35,830 bases of DNA from Planctomycetota bacterium (lineage in GTDB: Bacteria; Planctomycetota; SZUA-567; H5-PLA8), in assembly GCA_045863855.1 (NCBI GenBank), contig BTVV01000058.1, positions 1 to 35,830 on the forward strand, in the 5' to 3' direction. Below are positions 26,987-35,830 of this stretch, one piece after another (the first letter of the stretch is position 1; each line of letters begins with the position of its first letter). The translations under genes and the position numbers were made by a program. The notes under the pieces are model-generated. The model did not search any database, was not told the DNA's origin, and saw only the letters and a list, made by a program, of their open reading frames with translations.

Positions 26987-28210
26987 ATGCGGATCGTTCG
27001 CGAAGTCGGAATCCGCATCGCGTGCGCGGCGGCGCTGGCGGCCGTTTGCCCTGTATTCGCTCAGGTGAATCAGCAACAGGTCCTCGAACTGCACAACGAA
27101 GTCGTCTGCCGCGTCAATACCGAGGTCATTTCCAAGCGCGATATCGAGAGCCGCATGGGCCGCGCGTACTACGAACTGTACGCCATGCGCGCGCGGATGC
27201 AGGAATTGGGCAAGTGGACCGAGCAGGCGCAGAAAGAGTGGGACGCCGAGTACTTCCGCTACTTTCGCGACCACCTGCGCGATGCGATCAAGGAGCAGTT
27301 GATGCTCCAGGAGGCGCAGCGCCTGGCCAAAGACGAAAAGCTGGATGTGGACAAGACCAAGCTCATCAAGCGCCGCGATCAATGGGCGGAAAAGCTGGCC
27401 AAGGACGGCGTCCTGGGGCAGCCCGGTTACACGCTTAACGACATCGAAAAGCAGGTCCGCGAACAGATGCTGATCGACAACTTTCGCGGTACGCTGATGA
27501 ACATGCTCGACCTGCCCAGCCGTCCGCAGGTGGAAGCGCATTACCGTAAAAATATCGAGCAGTACCAGCGCAAACCCGGCGTCAAAATCTGCCGGCTCCA
27601 GATCGCGCGAATCGTCGAGACCAGCTTGGGCACCAAGTCGGTCCGCGAAAACGCCTCGAAACTGGCCGAAGACCTGTACATCCGGCTCACGAAGGAGGGA
27701 GAAGACTTCCGGGATATGGTCATGGACTTTTCCGACGACGAGGCGGCCATCAAAAAGCGCGGCGGACTGATCCTGGGCCCCGACGGGGACGAGTTCATCG
27801 ACCCGGAAGCGAATCCCTCGATCGCGCGCATGCTGCGCGGCATGGACACCAAATTCCCGAAGAACATTTCTCCGGTCTTCGATCTCGACGGCCGTTACTG
27901 GGCCATCATCCAACTGGTGGAACGCCGCCCGGCCGGGCCTCAACCGTTGGACGACAAGCTGTACCAGAAGATCTACGATTCGCTTGCCGAGCAGCGTAAC
28001 AAGTCCTCGGAAGACGAGTGGTTCCGCAAGACCATTCAGAAAAGCCTGATCCTGCGCATCGAACAGGGCAAGGAGACGAATATCCCGCTGCCCTTCTTCT
28101 TCCCGGAAGACGAGCAGGCGGCGCCCGCGAAGGATGCACCCAAGCCGGAAAAGGCCGCGCCCGATGCCACAAAGACCGATGCTGCAAAGACCGATGACCG
28201 CAAACGCTGA
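26987..28210 (+). CDS. SurA-like exported chaperone with a parvulin-type domain
   Basis: Signal peptide (…VFA|Q), VVCRVNTEVISKRDIE SurA-N-like start, GEDFRDMVMDFSDD...RGGLI and ISPVF parvulin-like segments; AAGGAG RBS. Confidence 0.75.
   Translation: MRIVREVGIRIACAAALAAVCPVFAQVNQQQVLELHNEVVCRVNTEVISKRDIESRMGRAYYELYAMRARMQELGKWTEQAQKEWDAEYFRYFRDHLRDAIKEQLMLQEAQRLAKDEKLDVDKTKLIKRRDQWAEKLAKDGVLGQPGYTLNDIEKQVREQMLIDNFRGTLMNMLDLPSRPQVEAHYRKNIEQYQRKPGVKICRLQIARIVETSLGTKSVRENASKLAEDLYIRLTKEGEDFRDMVMDFSDDEAAIKKRGGLILGPDGDEFIDPEANPSIARMLRGMDTKFPKNISPVFDLDGRYWAIIQLVERRPAGPQPLDDKLYQKIYDSLAEQRNKSSEDEWFRKTIQKSLILRIEQGKETNIPLPFFFPEDEQAAPAKDAPKPEKAAPDATKTDAAKTDDRKR
28161..28205 (+). repeat. Three imperfect 15-bp tandem repeats
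   Basis: CCGATGCCACAAAGA / CCGATGCTGCAAAGA / CCGATGACCGCAAAC, encoding DATKT-DAAKT-DDRKR. Confidence 0.8.
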
Positions 28211-28361
28211 ATCGCGCGCGCTCAGCCTCGCCTTGCTCGCCGCCTGGGCGCTCTGGTTGGCCGTCCTGATCGTGTTGGGCCTGCACGCCTGGGGCCGGCC
28301 GCGCTCGGCCGACGCGCCGGTCGTGCCCCTCGAACCGCCGCCCGAAACGAATCGGCCGTGA
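28194..28361 (+). CDS. Small single-TM hypothetical protein (about 55 aa)
   Basis: Hydrophobic ALSLALLAAWALWLAVLIVLGLHAW plus Pro-rich tail; fills the gap, overlapping the upstream stop and sharing GTGA with the downstream start. Confidence 0.55.
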   Translation: MTANAESRALSLALLAAWALWLAVLIVLGLHAWGRPRSADAPVVPLEPPPETNRP

Positions 28362-29155
28362 GCGCCACTCCCGAGCCGCCCCTGGCGCAGGCGCTGCTTG
28401 CGCGCTTGCGCTTCGAGCGTGCCATGGGTCTCGAATGCCTCCCGGCCGCCCCGCTGGCGCCCTCGAGTGCCCTTCCGGTTCAAGAGCCCGCCGCCGCGCC
28501 GCCCGTCCGTACGACTCCGGCTGCGCATGCCGTACAAGCCGCGCCGTCGCGCGCACCCGATTCGCCTGCACCCGCGGTCCTGGATGCCGCCGAGCGAGCT
28601 AGGCGCTGGGCCGCGCTGGAAGCCCGCGCGCTGGGCTGCGTCCAATGTGCGCTCCATCAGACGCGCACGAACGTCGTCTTCGGCGAAGGCAACCGGGAAG
28701 CGAGGCTGGTTTTTGTCGGCGAAGGCCCAGGCGCCGACGAGGACGCCAGCGGGCGGCCCTTCGTGGGCAAGGCCGGCCAATTGCTCGATAAGATCATCGG
28801 CGCGATGGGCATGCCGCGCGAAGCGGTCTACATCTGCAACGTGCTGAAGTGCCGCCCGCCGGGAAATCGTACGCCCAATCCGCAGGAAATAGGCGCGTGC
28901 AGCCCGTTTCTGGAGGAGCAGCTCGAACTGCTGAGCCCTAAGGTCATCGTGACGCTGGGCTCGCCTGCCACGCAAACGCTCCTCAAGACCACCGACGGCA
29001 TCACGCGCTTGCGCGGCCACTGGCGGCTGTATAAGGGCATTCGGGTCATGCCCACCTACCACCCGGCATTCGTATTGCGGCAATACACCAAGGAAACGCG
29101 CCAAGCCGTCTGGGAAGATATGCAGCAGGTCATCAAATTCTTGAGCGAAGGCTAG
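28358..29155 (+). CDS. Uracil-DNA glycosylase family 4 ([4Fe-4S])
   Basis: CVQCAL, VFGEGN, VGEGPGADED..GRPFVG, NVLKCRPPGNRTP, TYHPA; Pro/Ala-rich N-terminal linker. Confidence 0.95.
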   Translation: MSATPEPPLAQALLARLRFERAMGLECLPAAPLAPSSALPVQEPAAAPPVRTTPAAHAVQAAPSRAPDSPAPAVLDAAERARRWAALEARALGCVQCALHQTRTNVVFGEGNREARLVFVGEGPGADEDASGRPFVGKAGQLLDKIIGAMGMPREAVYICNVLKCRPPGNRTPNPQEIGACSPFLEEQLELLSPKVIVTLGSPATQTLLKTTDGITRLRGHWRLYKGIRVMPTYHPAFVLRQYTKETRQAVWEDMQQVIKFLSEG

Positions 29156-30537
29156 CGAAAAATCAGTCGAAGGATCGTATCTTTCACGCCGGTTGCCGGG
29201 AGGTGTTCCGGCAGTTCCGCGTTCCTCACCGTGGTCATGAATAGCGGCCCCTCGTCGGGCGATTCCGGCAGGCGGCCGTGGCTGCCCTTAATCAGCTTCG
29301 CGTCGAAAGATATGTAATTCACGATCGATCCGACGTTGAAATGCATCGCGCGAAGGCCCAGTTTTAATAGAATGCGCGCCATCTTCAGCGGCACCTTGGG
29401 ATCGAGAAAGAGCTCCAGCGGGTCGTAGCCCGGCTTCTGGTGGATATCCACTTCCCGCGCGAAGGGCGGGGCGAGCGCGTCGTCCTCCCAGTAGTAGTAA
29501 GTGAACCAGCGATCCGGCGCGCTGATCGCCACCAGTTCGCCGCTGCGCGGATGGTCGAGTCCAAATTCCCGCTTCCCGGCTTCGTCGAGCACCCGGTCAA
29601 TGCCGTCGGTCTTTTCGAGCAGCGCTTTTACGGCCGAAATATCGGCGGGATCCCGGACGTAAATATGAGCCACCTGGTGGTCCGCGGCGGCAAAGGCCCG
29701 GCAGGCTCCGCAATCCAGAAGCTCCCAGTCCATCTGTTTCTGCACCGCCACGTAGCCCGCGCGGCGCAGCACGCGGTTCACGTCCACCCCATCGCGAACC
29801 GGAGCGATCCCGTATTCGCTCAGCACCGCAACGTCGATATTCTCGAAGCGTGCGTCGGCCACGATCCGGCCGACCACCGCGTCGATCGCTTCCAGATCGT
29901 CTCCCAGCGCCGGATCGTTCGGGCCGAGGCGCTGCAGGTTGTAGTCCAGATGGGGCAGGTACACGAGCGTCAGCGCGGGATGAAATTTGCGCCGCACGTG
30001 GTACGAACAGCGCTCGATCCACTCGCTGCTGCCGATGCCCGCTCGAGGGCCCCAGAAATCGAAGAGCGGAAATGCGCCCAATTCCCGGTCCAGTTCGGGG
30101 GCCAATTCGGGCGGCTTGGTGTACAGCAGCGAGACCACCTTCTCGCCGCCCTCGTATGGGCGCATGGTTACGGCCACGTCGTTGGCGGAATACATATTGT
30201 ACCACCAGCAAATCTGCGCGCTGGTGAACGCGCGGTCGCGCGCGCGCGCGGCATCCCAAATCTTTTCGCCGCCGACCAGATAATTCGACTGCTTCCAGAA
30301 ATGGATTTCGGCCAGCTCGCGGAAATACCAGCCGTTCGCCACGATCCCGTGGTCGCGCGGCAGCAGGCCCGTCAGGAACGTGGCTTGAGCCGAGCACGTC
30401 ACCGCCGGCAGCACAGTGCCCAGGGTCGCGCTCGATCCGGTCTTTGCCATCTCCGCCAGGTGCGGCGCGCGCCCTGGAAACTTCGCCAGCAGCGCGCGGG
30501 TCAGGCCCACCACGTTCAGTAAAATCAGAGGCTTCAT
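29152..30537 (-). CDS. eboF: Alkaline phosphatase superfamily / nucleotide pyrophosphatase (EboF-like)
   Basis: PAVTCSAQATFLTG...HGIVANGWYFRE...FWKQSN, YLPHLDYNLQR, DHQVAHIY, VDIHQKPGYDP, KGSHGR; ATGA-coupled to eboE. Confidence 0.85.
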   Translation of the reverse strand: MKPLILLNVVGLTRALLAKFPGRAPHLAEMAKTGSSATLGTVLPAVTCSAQATFLTGLLPRDHGIVANGWYFRELAEIHFWKQSNYLVGGEKIWDAARARDRAFTSAQICWWYNMYSANDVAVTMRPYEGGEKVVSLLYTKPPELAPELDRELGAFPLFDFWGPRAGIGSSEWIERCSYHVRRKFHPALTLVYLPHLDYNLQRLGPNDPALGDDLEAIDAVVGRIVADARFENIDVAVLSEYGIAPVRDGVDVNRVLRRAGYVAVQKQMDWELLDCGACRAFAAADHQVAHIYVRDPADISAVKALLEKTDGIDRVLDEAGKREFGLDHPRSGELVAISAPDRWFTYYYWEDDALAPPFAREVDIHQKPGYDPLELFLDPKVPLKMARILLKLGLRAMHFNVGSIVNYISFDAKLIKGSHGRLPESPDEGPLFMTTVRNAELPEHLPATGVKDTILRLIFR

Positions 30538-31865
30538 GGCGCGCGCTCCAGTTCGGACCGCGCCCAGCGCAGTTCTTGAACCATCCCCGCCTGCACGTCC
30601 ACCGCGCCCGAGCCGACGATCCGCTGCGCCGAGGCGTTCCCGCGCGCGGCCAGCCCGGTCAGGACGCCCCAGGTGTACGTCTCGGCGATGAAATTGTCGG
30701 TCAGTCCTTCGCGCGCCGCATACCGCGCCGCCGGCCCAACGCTGTCGCGCGTGCTCGACAACGGGCCGTCGAAATCCGCGAAGAGCGGCACATGGAAATG
30801 GCAGCGTACTTCTTCGAGGTCCAGCCACGTCGTGCTCCGCCCGCGCAGCCGGTCGAGGTCCTTCAGCTCCGGCAAATCGGCGAAGCGTTGCAGCGCGCCG
30901 GTCTTCGTACGCGCCACCACTTGATGTAAATACCGCGGCTCGTCCAGCTCCAGCAGCGCGCGAAACGCTTCAGGATGATCCGCCGGCCGCGCCAGCTTCA
31001 GCGCCGCCGAGAGATGCAGGCCGCTCAGCACGATGCCTTCCGCCCGCAGACGCTTCAGATCCTCGAGCGGATCCTCGAATTCCACCGCTTGGTGGCACAG
31101 ATCCAGGTTCACCGTCACGAAGCGCCGCGTAAGCTCTTCGGCGCGTTCCGAGGAGATCCCCATATCTTGCGCGAGTCGCACCATCGCGTGATAGAGAATG
31201 AAATCCTTGAAGTAGTCGACGAACTCGTCGACCGTTTCGCCCGTCGTGTACGGCTCCGGCTCCAGCCCTAGCCGGATCGTCTTTCCGGTGAGTTCCTCCA
31301 GCCGCGCGAGTTCGCGGACGCACGCCGTCAGCACGTGCGCGCAGTACGCCTTCGTGTCCGCGTCGTCGGCGATGCCCTTGAAGACGCCCGACGGCACGCT
31401 CACCGCCGCATCGTTGCGTTCGTCCAGCAGATGCGCCAGCACCTTGGCGATCTTCAGCGAGTACAGCGCGCGCCGCGGGTCGGTCCAGGACGGCTCGTAA
31501 ACCTGTTCTTTCACGCGCGGCGCGTGGAAATTCTGGATCGGGAAGCCGTTGATCGAAACCACTTGAAGGTTAAGCTCGCGCAGCGTCGCGATCAACTTCG
31601 CGCACGCCGGCGCGGGCTTCGCCGCCAGATCTTCCGCACGTATCTGCGGCGGGGGCTGCTCAGGATCGAGGCCCAGCAACTCATCCGCCTGGCGCATGCC
31701 CAGGCGCAGATTCACGGCCGCTCGTTCCGCCCCGAATGCCGCACGCGAGACCGGCGCGACCTGCGTGCGCAGCATCGCGTCCAGTTCCGCCGCCGATTCG
31801 GCCGGATGGACGTTCGTCGAATAGGACAGGGTCACCGGACGGCCCTGCGCCTGTAAGTCGAGCAT
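30534..31865 (-). CDS. eboE: Metabolite traffic protein EboE (TIM barrel)
   Basis: YSTNVHPAE, NGFP..FH...VKEQVY.P.W, LEPEP, DLCHQAVEFED, EPRYLHQV, HFHVPLF, ETYTW. Confidence 0.88.
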   Translation of the reverse strand: MLDLQAQGRPVTLSYSTNVHPAESAAELDAMLRTQVAPVSRAAFGAERAAVNLRLGMRQADELLGLDPEQPPPQIRAEDLAAKPAPACAKLIATLRELNLQVVSINGFPIQNFHAPRVKEQVYEPSWTDPRRALYSLKIAKVLAHLLDERNDAAVSVPSGVFKGIADDADTKAYCAHVLTACVRELARLEELTGKTIRLGLEPEPYTTGETVDEFVDYFKDFILYHAMVRLAQDMGISSERAEELTRRFVTVNLDLCHQAVEFEDPLEDLKRLRAEGIVLSGLHLSAALKLARPADHPEAFRALLELDEPRYLHQVVARTKTGALQRFADLPELKDLDRLRGRSTTWLDLEEVRCHFHVPLFADFDGPLSSTRDSVGPAARYAAREGLTDNFIAETYTWGVLTGLAARGNASAQRIVGSGAVDVQAGMVQELRWARSELERAP

Positions 31866-31931
31866 GCGCGTTGCGCTCCGCGGATCTACGGGCCGCTAGA
31901 CTGTAACCGAACCTGCGGGCCGCGCGCAAAG

Positions 31932-33890
31932 TCACGCCGGCGCGCCGGGCTCCGCCCAGCGAATCAGTCCGTGCTCCGCCATGAACTTGAAATGCAGCAG
32001 CAGCCGCGTGGCGCCATCGGCGCCCGATTCGAAATTCGCGCGCCGCACCACTTCGGCAAACGTCCGCTTCCCGTCGCACCAGAACAGCGCGCTGTGCAGA
32101 TGGCTGTCCCAGACCGGGGACGGCACGCTCGAACGCGCCGGCCGCGGCACGCTGTCGTACGTCGGCGTGCCGATGAACGTACGCACCGGCCGCAGCCCCG
32201 CGAACTCCTTGAGCCGCTCGTCCGCCTCCTGCGCGGCGGGCGCGCAGCCGGCCAGTTCCTGCAAGCGGCGCTTCTGCAATTCCACCAGCCGCCGCGTGTG
32301 CCGGTTCAGCTTGAGCAGTTCCTTGTGTCCGGCGGCGCGTTCTTCGCGCAGCATGAAGCGTTTGGCCGAGAGGACGGCGGCGTCCGCGACATCGCGCAGG
32401 TACAGCAGGTGGTCGAAGGCATGCGCGAGCAGCGCCGCGCGCTCGGCCTCGGCGCCCAGCGCGAGCAGTTCCACGGCGTAGCGCCCCGCGCAGTCTTCGA
32501 TTTTCCGCCCGTACCGCCGCACCGTCTCCCGAGCGAGGTATTGCGCTTCCGGGGACGTGCACGTGGCCAGCGTGTGCAGGTACGTCGCCGAGACCGTCGC
32601 GATGGCGTGCAGCGTCCGCGGGCGCAGCGTCTCCGGCACGTCCTTGCTGGTGTGCCAATAGCGGTCGGTGCTGAGCATGTACGCGCAGTCCGAACCCAGC
32701 GCCGGATCGGCGTAGACGTTATCGGTCAGCGCCCACGGTTTGTCCCGCGTGATCCGCGCGTACGGCATCTGCTTCAGCAGCCACGTTTCGATCAGCAGAT
32801 CCAGAAGCGTATCGGCGATCGAGGGCCGGCTGTCCGGGCAGCGATGCACGCGAAAATGAGCGTCGACGTCTTCCTGATGCCGCCCGCAGGTATCCCAGTT
32901 CACGCCGGCCAGCATGCGCCGCATGATCCCCGGATTCGTCGCCGCGAAGCCGATCGTCCCATAGCACTCGTTGACCAGCAGCCCGCGCACCGCGCGGCGC
33001 AGCGGCGGCAGCGCGCCCGAATCGCAGCCTTCCTTCAGCACCCGCAGGCTTTCCAGGATCACCGCGCAGCCGCTGGCGTTGTCGTTCGCACCCTGCTCCA
33101 TCGCATGACCGATGGCGTAAACTTCTTCCTGCAGCGGCGCATCGAGATACCCGCAGACGATCGGCATCTCGGTCTCGAAGTAGCGGCTCTCGACCACGAT
33201 CTTCAGTTCGACCGGCCCGCGCTCCAGGCGCACGTCCAGTTCGACGCCCGCTTGCGGCGGGATCGCCATGCCCACCAGCGGCGCGTCGCCGGCGTGGAAT
33301 GCCCAGCCGCCCGGATCGTCCGACCACGCGTTGAACCAGAATGTAGCGTCAGGGATATGATGCGCCGTGCGGCACCAGCTCGAGACCACCGCCGCCGCGC
33401 CCGCTTCGGCCAGTTTCCGCTTGAAGGCCTTTGGATGCGCCGGCGTATACACGATCTTGCCGCGAATCTCGCCGCGCTTGGCATCCAGGTCCTTCTCGTC
33501 GGCGATGCGCACCACCGGCGCAATCAATCCGCCCGGCGGGGTGGGGCCGGACCACATGATCACGCTCGTCGGGCGCTGGGCGTAATCGCCCAGCACCGTG
33601 CCGCGGTCCTCGAACGGCGTGTGAATCTCCAGCCGCGCAGCCGAACAGTCCCAGCCCAGCGGCATGCGCCAATCGCCGTACAGCGTCTTCCCGTCGGCGG
33701 GAAGGTTGAATGTCCGCGCCTTGATGCCCCAATCGCGCAGCCGCGTGCTCACGTTGCGAGCCGTTTTCTGGAACTGCGGAAACGTAAAAAACCGGTCCGA
33801 CGACCAAATCAGTTCCACGAGATCCAGCAGCCCGTTCTCGGAAATGCGTTCGGCGATAAGCGGCAGGCGAGCGTTCAAGTCGAGCGTCAT
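31932..33890 (-). CDS. M28/DUF4910-like metallohydrolase with PA-like insert and C-terminal winged helix (652 aa)
   Basis: W..P.GWD, GH...GANDNASG, NE.YG, YWHTSKD motifs; C-terminal ALFWCDGKRTFAEV; GGAG RBS before ATG 33890. Confidence 0.75.
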   Translation of the reverse strand: MTLDLNARLPLIAERISENGLLDLVELIWSSDRFFTFPQFQKTARNVSTRLRDWGIKARTFNLPADGKTLYGDWRMPLGWDCSAARLEIHTPFEDRGTVLGDYAQRPTSVIMWSGPTPPGGLIAPVVRIADEKDLDAKRGEIRGKIVYTPAHPKAFKRKLAEAGAAAVVSSWCRTAHHIPDATFWFNAWSDDPGGWAFHAGDAPLVGMAIPPQAGVELDVRLERGPVELKIVVESRYFETEMPIVCGYLDAPLQEEVYAIGHAMEQGANDNASGCAVILESLRVLKEGCDSGALPPLRRAVRGLLVNECYGTIGFAATNPGIMRRMLAGVNWDTCGRHQEDVDAHFRVHRCPDSRPSIADTLLDLLIETWLLKQMPYARITRDKPWALTDNVYADPALGSDCAYMLSTDRYWHTSKDVPETLRPRTLHAIATVSATYLHTLATCTSPEAQYLARETVRRYGRKIEDCAGRYAVELLALGAEAERAALLAHAFDHLLYLRDVADAAVLSAKRFMLREERAAGHKELLKLNRHTRRLVELQKRRLQELAGCAPAAQEADERLKEFAGLRPVRTFIGTPTYDSVPRPARSSVPSPVWDSHLHSALFWCDGKRTFAEVVRRANFESGADGATRLLLHFKFMAEHGLIRWAEPGAPA

Positions 33891-33927
33891 GCGCAGACTC
33901 CGTGAAATGGCGTAATGCTGCAGAAGG

Positions 33928-33956
33928 GTTCTAGGTAATGCGCACGGAACCGTCAA
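33928..33956 (-). promoter_or_regulatory. Candidate sigma70 promoter for the M28/DUF4910-like gene
   Basis: Minus strand TTGACG-N17-TAGAAC, about 37 nt before the start codon. Confidence 0.5.
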
Positions 33957-34047
33957 GCAGGCGCGCCGGAAGCGGTGGATAATCGGGTGCGACCTACTAA
34001 AAGGAATCCAGCGCCGCCCGGAAGCCGGCGCCTTCGAGCCCCGATCC

Positions 34048-35475
34048 GTGCCACGCGAATCCCAATCCTTCTGTGCCGTCTCGATACCCCTGCCGGAGGG
34101 CGGCATCTTCGCGCAGCCGCCCGAAGCATGGGCGCAAGCATGGTCCGCCCGGCCCGGGTTTTTCTGGTTCGACGACGCCTCGGATTCCGCAGGCGAGCGC
34201 TGGAGCTTTCTGGGTTGCGATCCCGACGCCGAAGTCCGTGCCGTGGCCGGCGGCGGTATGCGGGCGCTGGCCGAGGCCTGGCGCGACGCCGCGCCGTCCG
34301 GCGTTCCGCCCCTCGAGGGCGCGCCTCCTTTCCGAGGCGGCTGGGTGGCCGTCCTCGCGTACGATCTGGGCCGCGAGATCGAACGCCTGCCCGAACGCGC
34401 GCGCGACGATCTCGATTATCCCGCGCTGTACCTGGCGCGGCACGACGTCTGCCTCGCCTATCGCCACGCCACGCGGCGCTGGTGGGCCGCCTGCCTCGTT
34501 CCGGTGGCCGTGCCGCCCGCCGAACGCCCCGCCGCCGCGCGGGACTTGGCCCAGCGCCGCTTGGCCTCGCGTCCGAATCCGGCGCCGCTTGCGCCTTGCG
34601 CTCCGCCCGCTGCGCGGGTGCTGCGGGCGAACGTCACCCGCGCGGCCTTCGTCTCGGCCGTGGCGCGCGCGCTGGAGTACATCGGCGCGGGCGATTGCTA
34701 TCAGGTCAACCTCGCGCATCGCCTGGAATGCGCGTGGCCCGATGGCGGCTGGGCGCTCTACCGCCGCCTGCGCGCCGAAAGCCCCGCGCCTTACGGCGCG
34801 GCGGTCCGAATTTCGGACGGCGCGTGGGTTGCGTCGATCAGCCCTGAACTCTTTCTGCGCGTTCGTGGCCGCGAAGCCGTCACGCGTCCCATCAAGGGCA
34901 CGCGCCCGCGCGGAGCGACCCCCGAAGCCGACGCGCGCTTGCGCGCGGAACTGGATGCAAGCGCCAAAGACCGCGCCGAACTCACCATGATCGTCGATCT
35001 CGAACGCAACGATCTGGGTAAAGTCTGCGTCTACGGTTCGGTCCGCGTCGATTCCGCAGGCGATCTCGAAGCGCACCCCACCGTCCATCACCGCGTGGCG
35101 ACCGTGCGCGGAACGCTGCTTCCCGGTAGCGGTCCGGTCGACTGGCTCCGCGCGCTCTTCCCCGGGGGCTCGGTCATCGGCGCGCCCAAAATTCGAGCGG
35201 CTCAGATCATCGAGGAACTGGAGCCCGTGCGCCGCGGCCCGTACTGCGGCGCGATCGGCTGGCTGGGCGCCGACGGCGATCTGGAGTTCAACCTGGCCAT
35301 ACGCACCGCGCTGGTGGACGAACGCCGCGCCATCGCGTATTACCATGCCGGCGCCGGCATCGTGGCCGACAGCGCGCCGGATGCCGAGTACGAAGAAACG
35401 CTGGCGAAGGCGGCGGCCTTCGCCGGCGCCGTTAACGGAAGCCTCCCGCCCACCGAAAGTCCGGCGTGCCCATGA
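34048..35475 (+). CDS. pabB: Aminodeoxychorismate synthase component I
   Basis: PFRGGW...YDLG, GDCYQVNL, SISPELF, PIKGT (PabB-type Lys; TrpE has PIAGT), MIVDLERNDL, FPGGSV.GAPK, RGPYCGAIG, NLAIRT. Confidence 0.9.
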   Translation: MPRESQSFCAVSIPLPEGGIFAQPPEAWAQAWSARPGFFWFDDASDSAGERWSFLGCDPDAEVRAVAGGGMRALAEAWRDAAPSGVPPLEGAPPFRGGWVAVLAYDLGREIERLPERARDDLDYPALYLARHDVCLAYRHATRRWWAACLVPVAVPPAERPAAARDLAQRRLASRPNPAPLAPCAPPAARVLRANVTRAAFVSAVARALEYIGAGDCYQVNLAHRLECAWPDGGWALYRRLRAESPAPYGAAVRISDGAWVASISPELFLRVRGREAVTRPIKGTRPRGATPEADARLRAELDASAKDRAELTMIVDLERNDLGKVCVYGSVRVDSAGDLEAHPTVHHRVATVRGTLLPGSGPVDWLRALFPGGSVIGAPKIRAAQIIEELEPVRRGPYCGAIGWLGADGDLEFNLAIRTALVDERRAIAYYHAGAGIVADSAPDAEYEETLAKAAAFAGAVNGSLPPTESPACP

Positions 35476-35830
35476 CCGATACGCTGTTCAGCCTCAACGG
35501 AAAAATCGTGCCCGAACGCGAAGCCGTGGTCCCCGTCACCGACCGCGGCTTCCTGTACGGCGACGGCCTCTTCGAAACGATTCACGCGTACGGGCGGCAT
35601 CTGTTCATGCTCGACGACCACCTGCGCCGCCTGAAGCGCGGGCTCGAGACAATGGCCATCGCCGGCGCTCCGCCTTCGCGCACGCTCGAAAAATGGCTTC
35701 GCGAAGCCATCGCCGCCGCGAACGTCTCCGAAGCCAACGTGCGCCTGACCGTCACACGCGGCAGCGGACCGCGCGGTCCGTCCGTGCGCGGTACGTTCAA
35801 GCCGTTTGCCGTGACGGTAACCACGACAAA
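35472..35830 (+). CDS. Class IV aminotransferase / aminodeoxychorismate lyase-like protein (partial, runs off the window)
   Basis: Translated by hand: MTDTLFSLNGKIVPEREAVVPVTDRGFLYGDGLFETI...HLRRL...VRLTVTRG; ATGA overlap with the pabB stop; absent from the ORF track. Confidence 0.88.
   Translation, partial: MTDTLFSLNGKIVPEREAVVPVTDRGFLYGDGLFETIHAYGRHLFMLDDHLRRLKRGLETMAIAGAPPSRTLEKWLREAIAAANVSEANVRLTVTRGSGPRGPSVRGTFKPFAVTVTTT

Noticed and set aside
28358..29155. UdgX-type suicide glycosylase
   Set aside because: The KRRIH loop is absent; the sequence is ordinary family 4 (KCRPPGNRTP).
33908..33921. Sigma54-like TGGCGTAATGCTGC upstream of pabB
   Set aside because: GG-to-GC spacing is 9 rather than the required 10 nt.

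Overview
High-GC bacterial chromosomal segment; gene content is suggestive of Planctomycetota (inference only). About 31 genes are recognisable and I see no transposase, integrase, tRNA, rRNA or CRISPR array. Left to right: a perfect parS palindrome and a GTATAC-repeat block; a bile acid:Na+ symporter-like transporter; TetR; an AraC/PhyH-dioxygenase divergon; two tandem YrbG-type Ca2+/Na+ antiporters; a second PhyH dioxygenase; a stand-alone RadC-type JAB gene with a correctly spaced sigma54 promoter and a palindromic enhancer, divergent from an NtrC-family activator that converges on a multi-TM GAF/PAS kinase; a PuuR-like regulator, mmsA, class III aminotransferase and M20 peptidase cluster (beta-alanine-type catabolism); AraC; cyclodeaminase plus lipoprotein; panC; a free PilB/GspE N-terminal-domain gene followed by pilB-pilT-pilB; a SurA-like chaperone, a small membrane ORF and family 4 UDG; an M28/DUF4910-like gene with eboE-eboF; and pabB with a partial pabC-like gene. 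The best candidate for an undescribed system is the sigma54/two-component-controlled JAB(RadC) module at 8343-13041. All family calls come from motifs recognised by eye; no searches were run.
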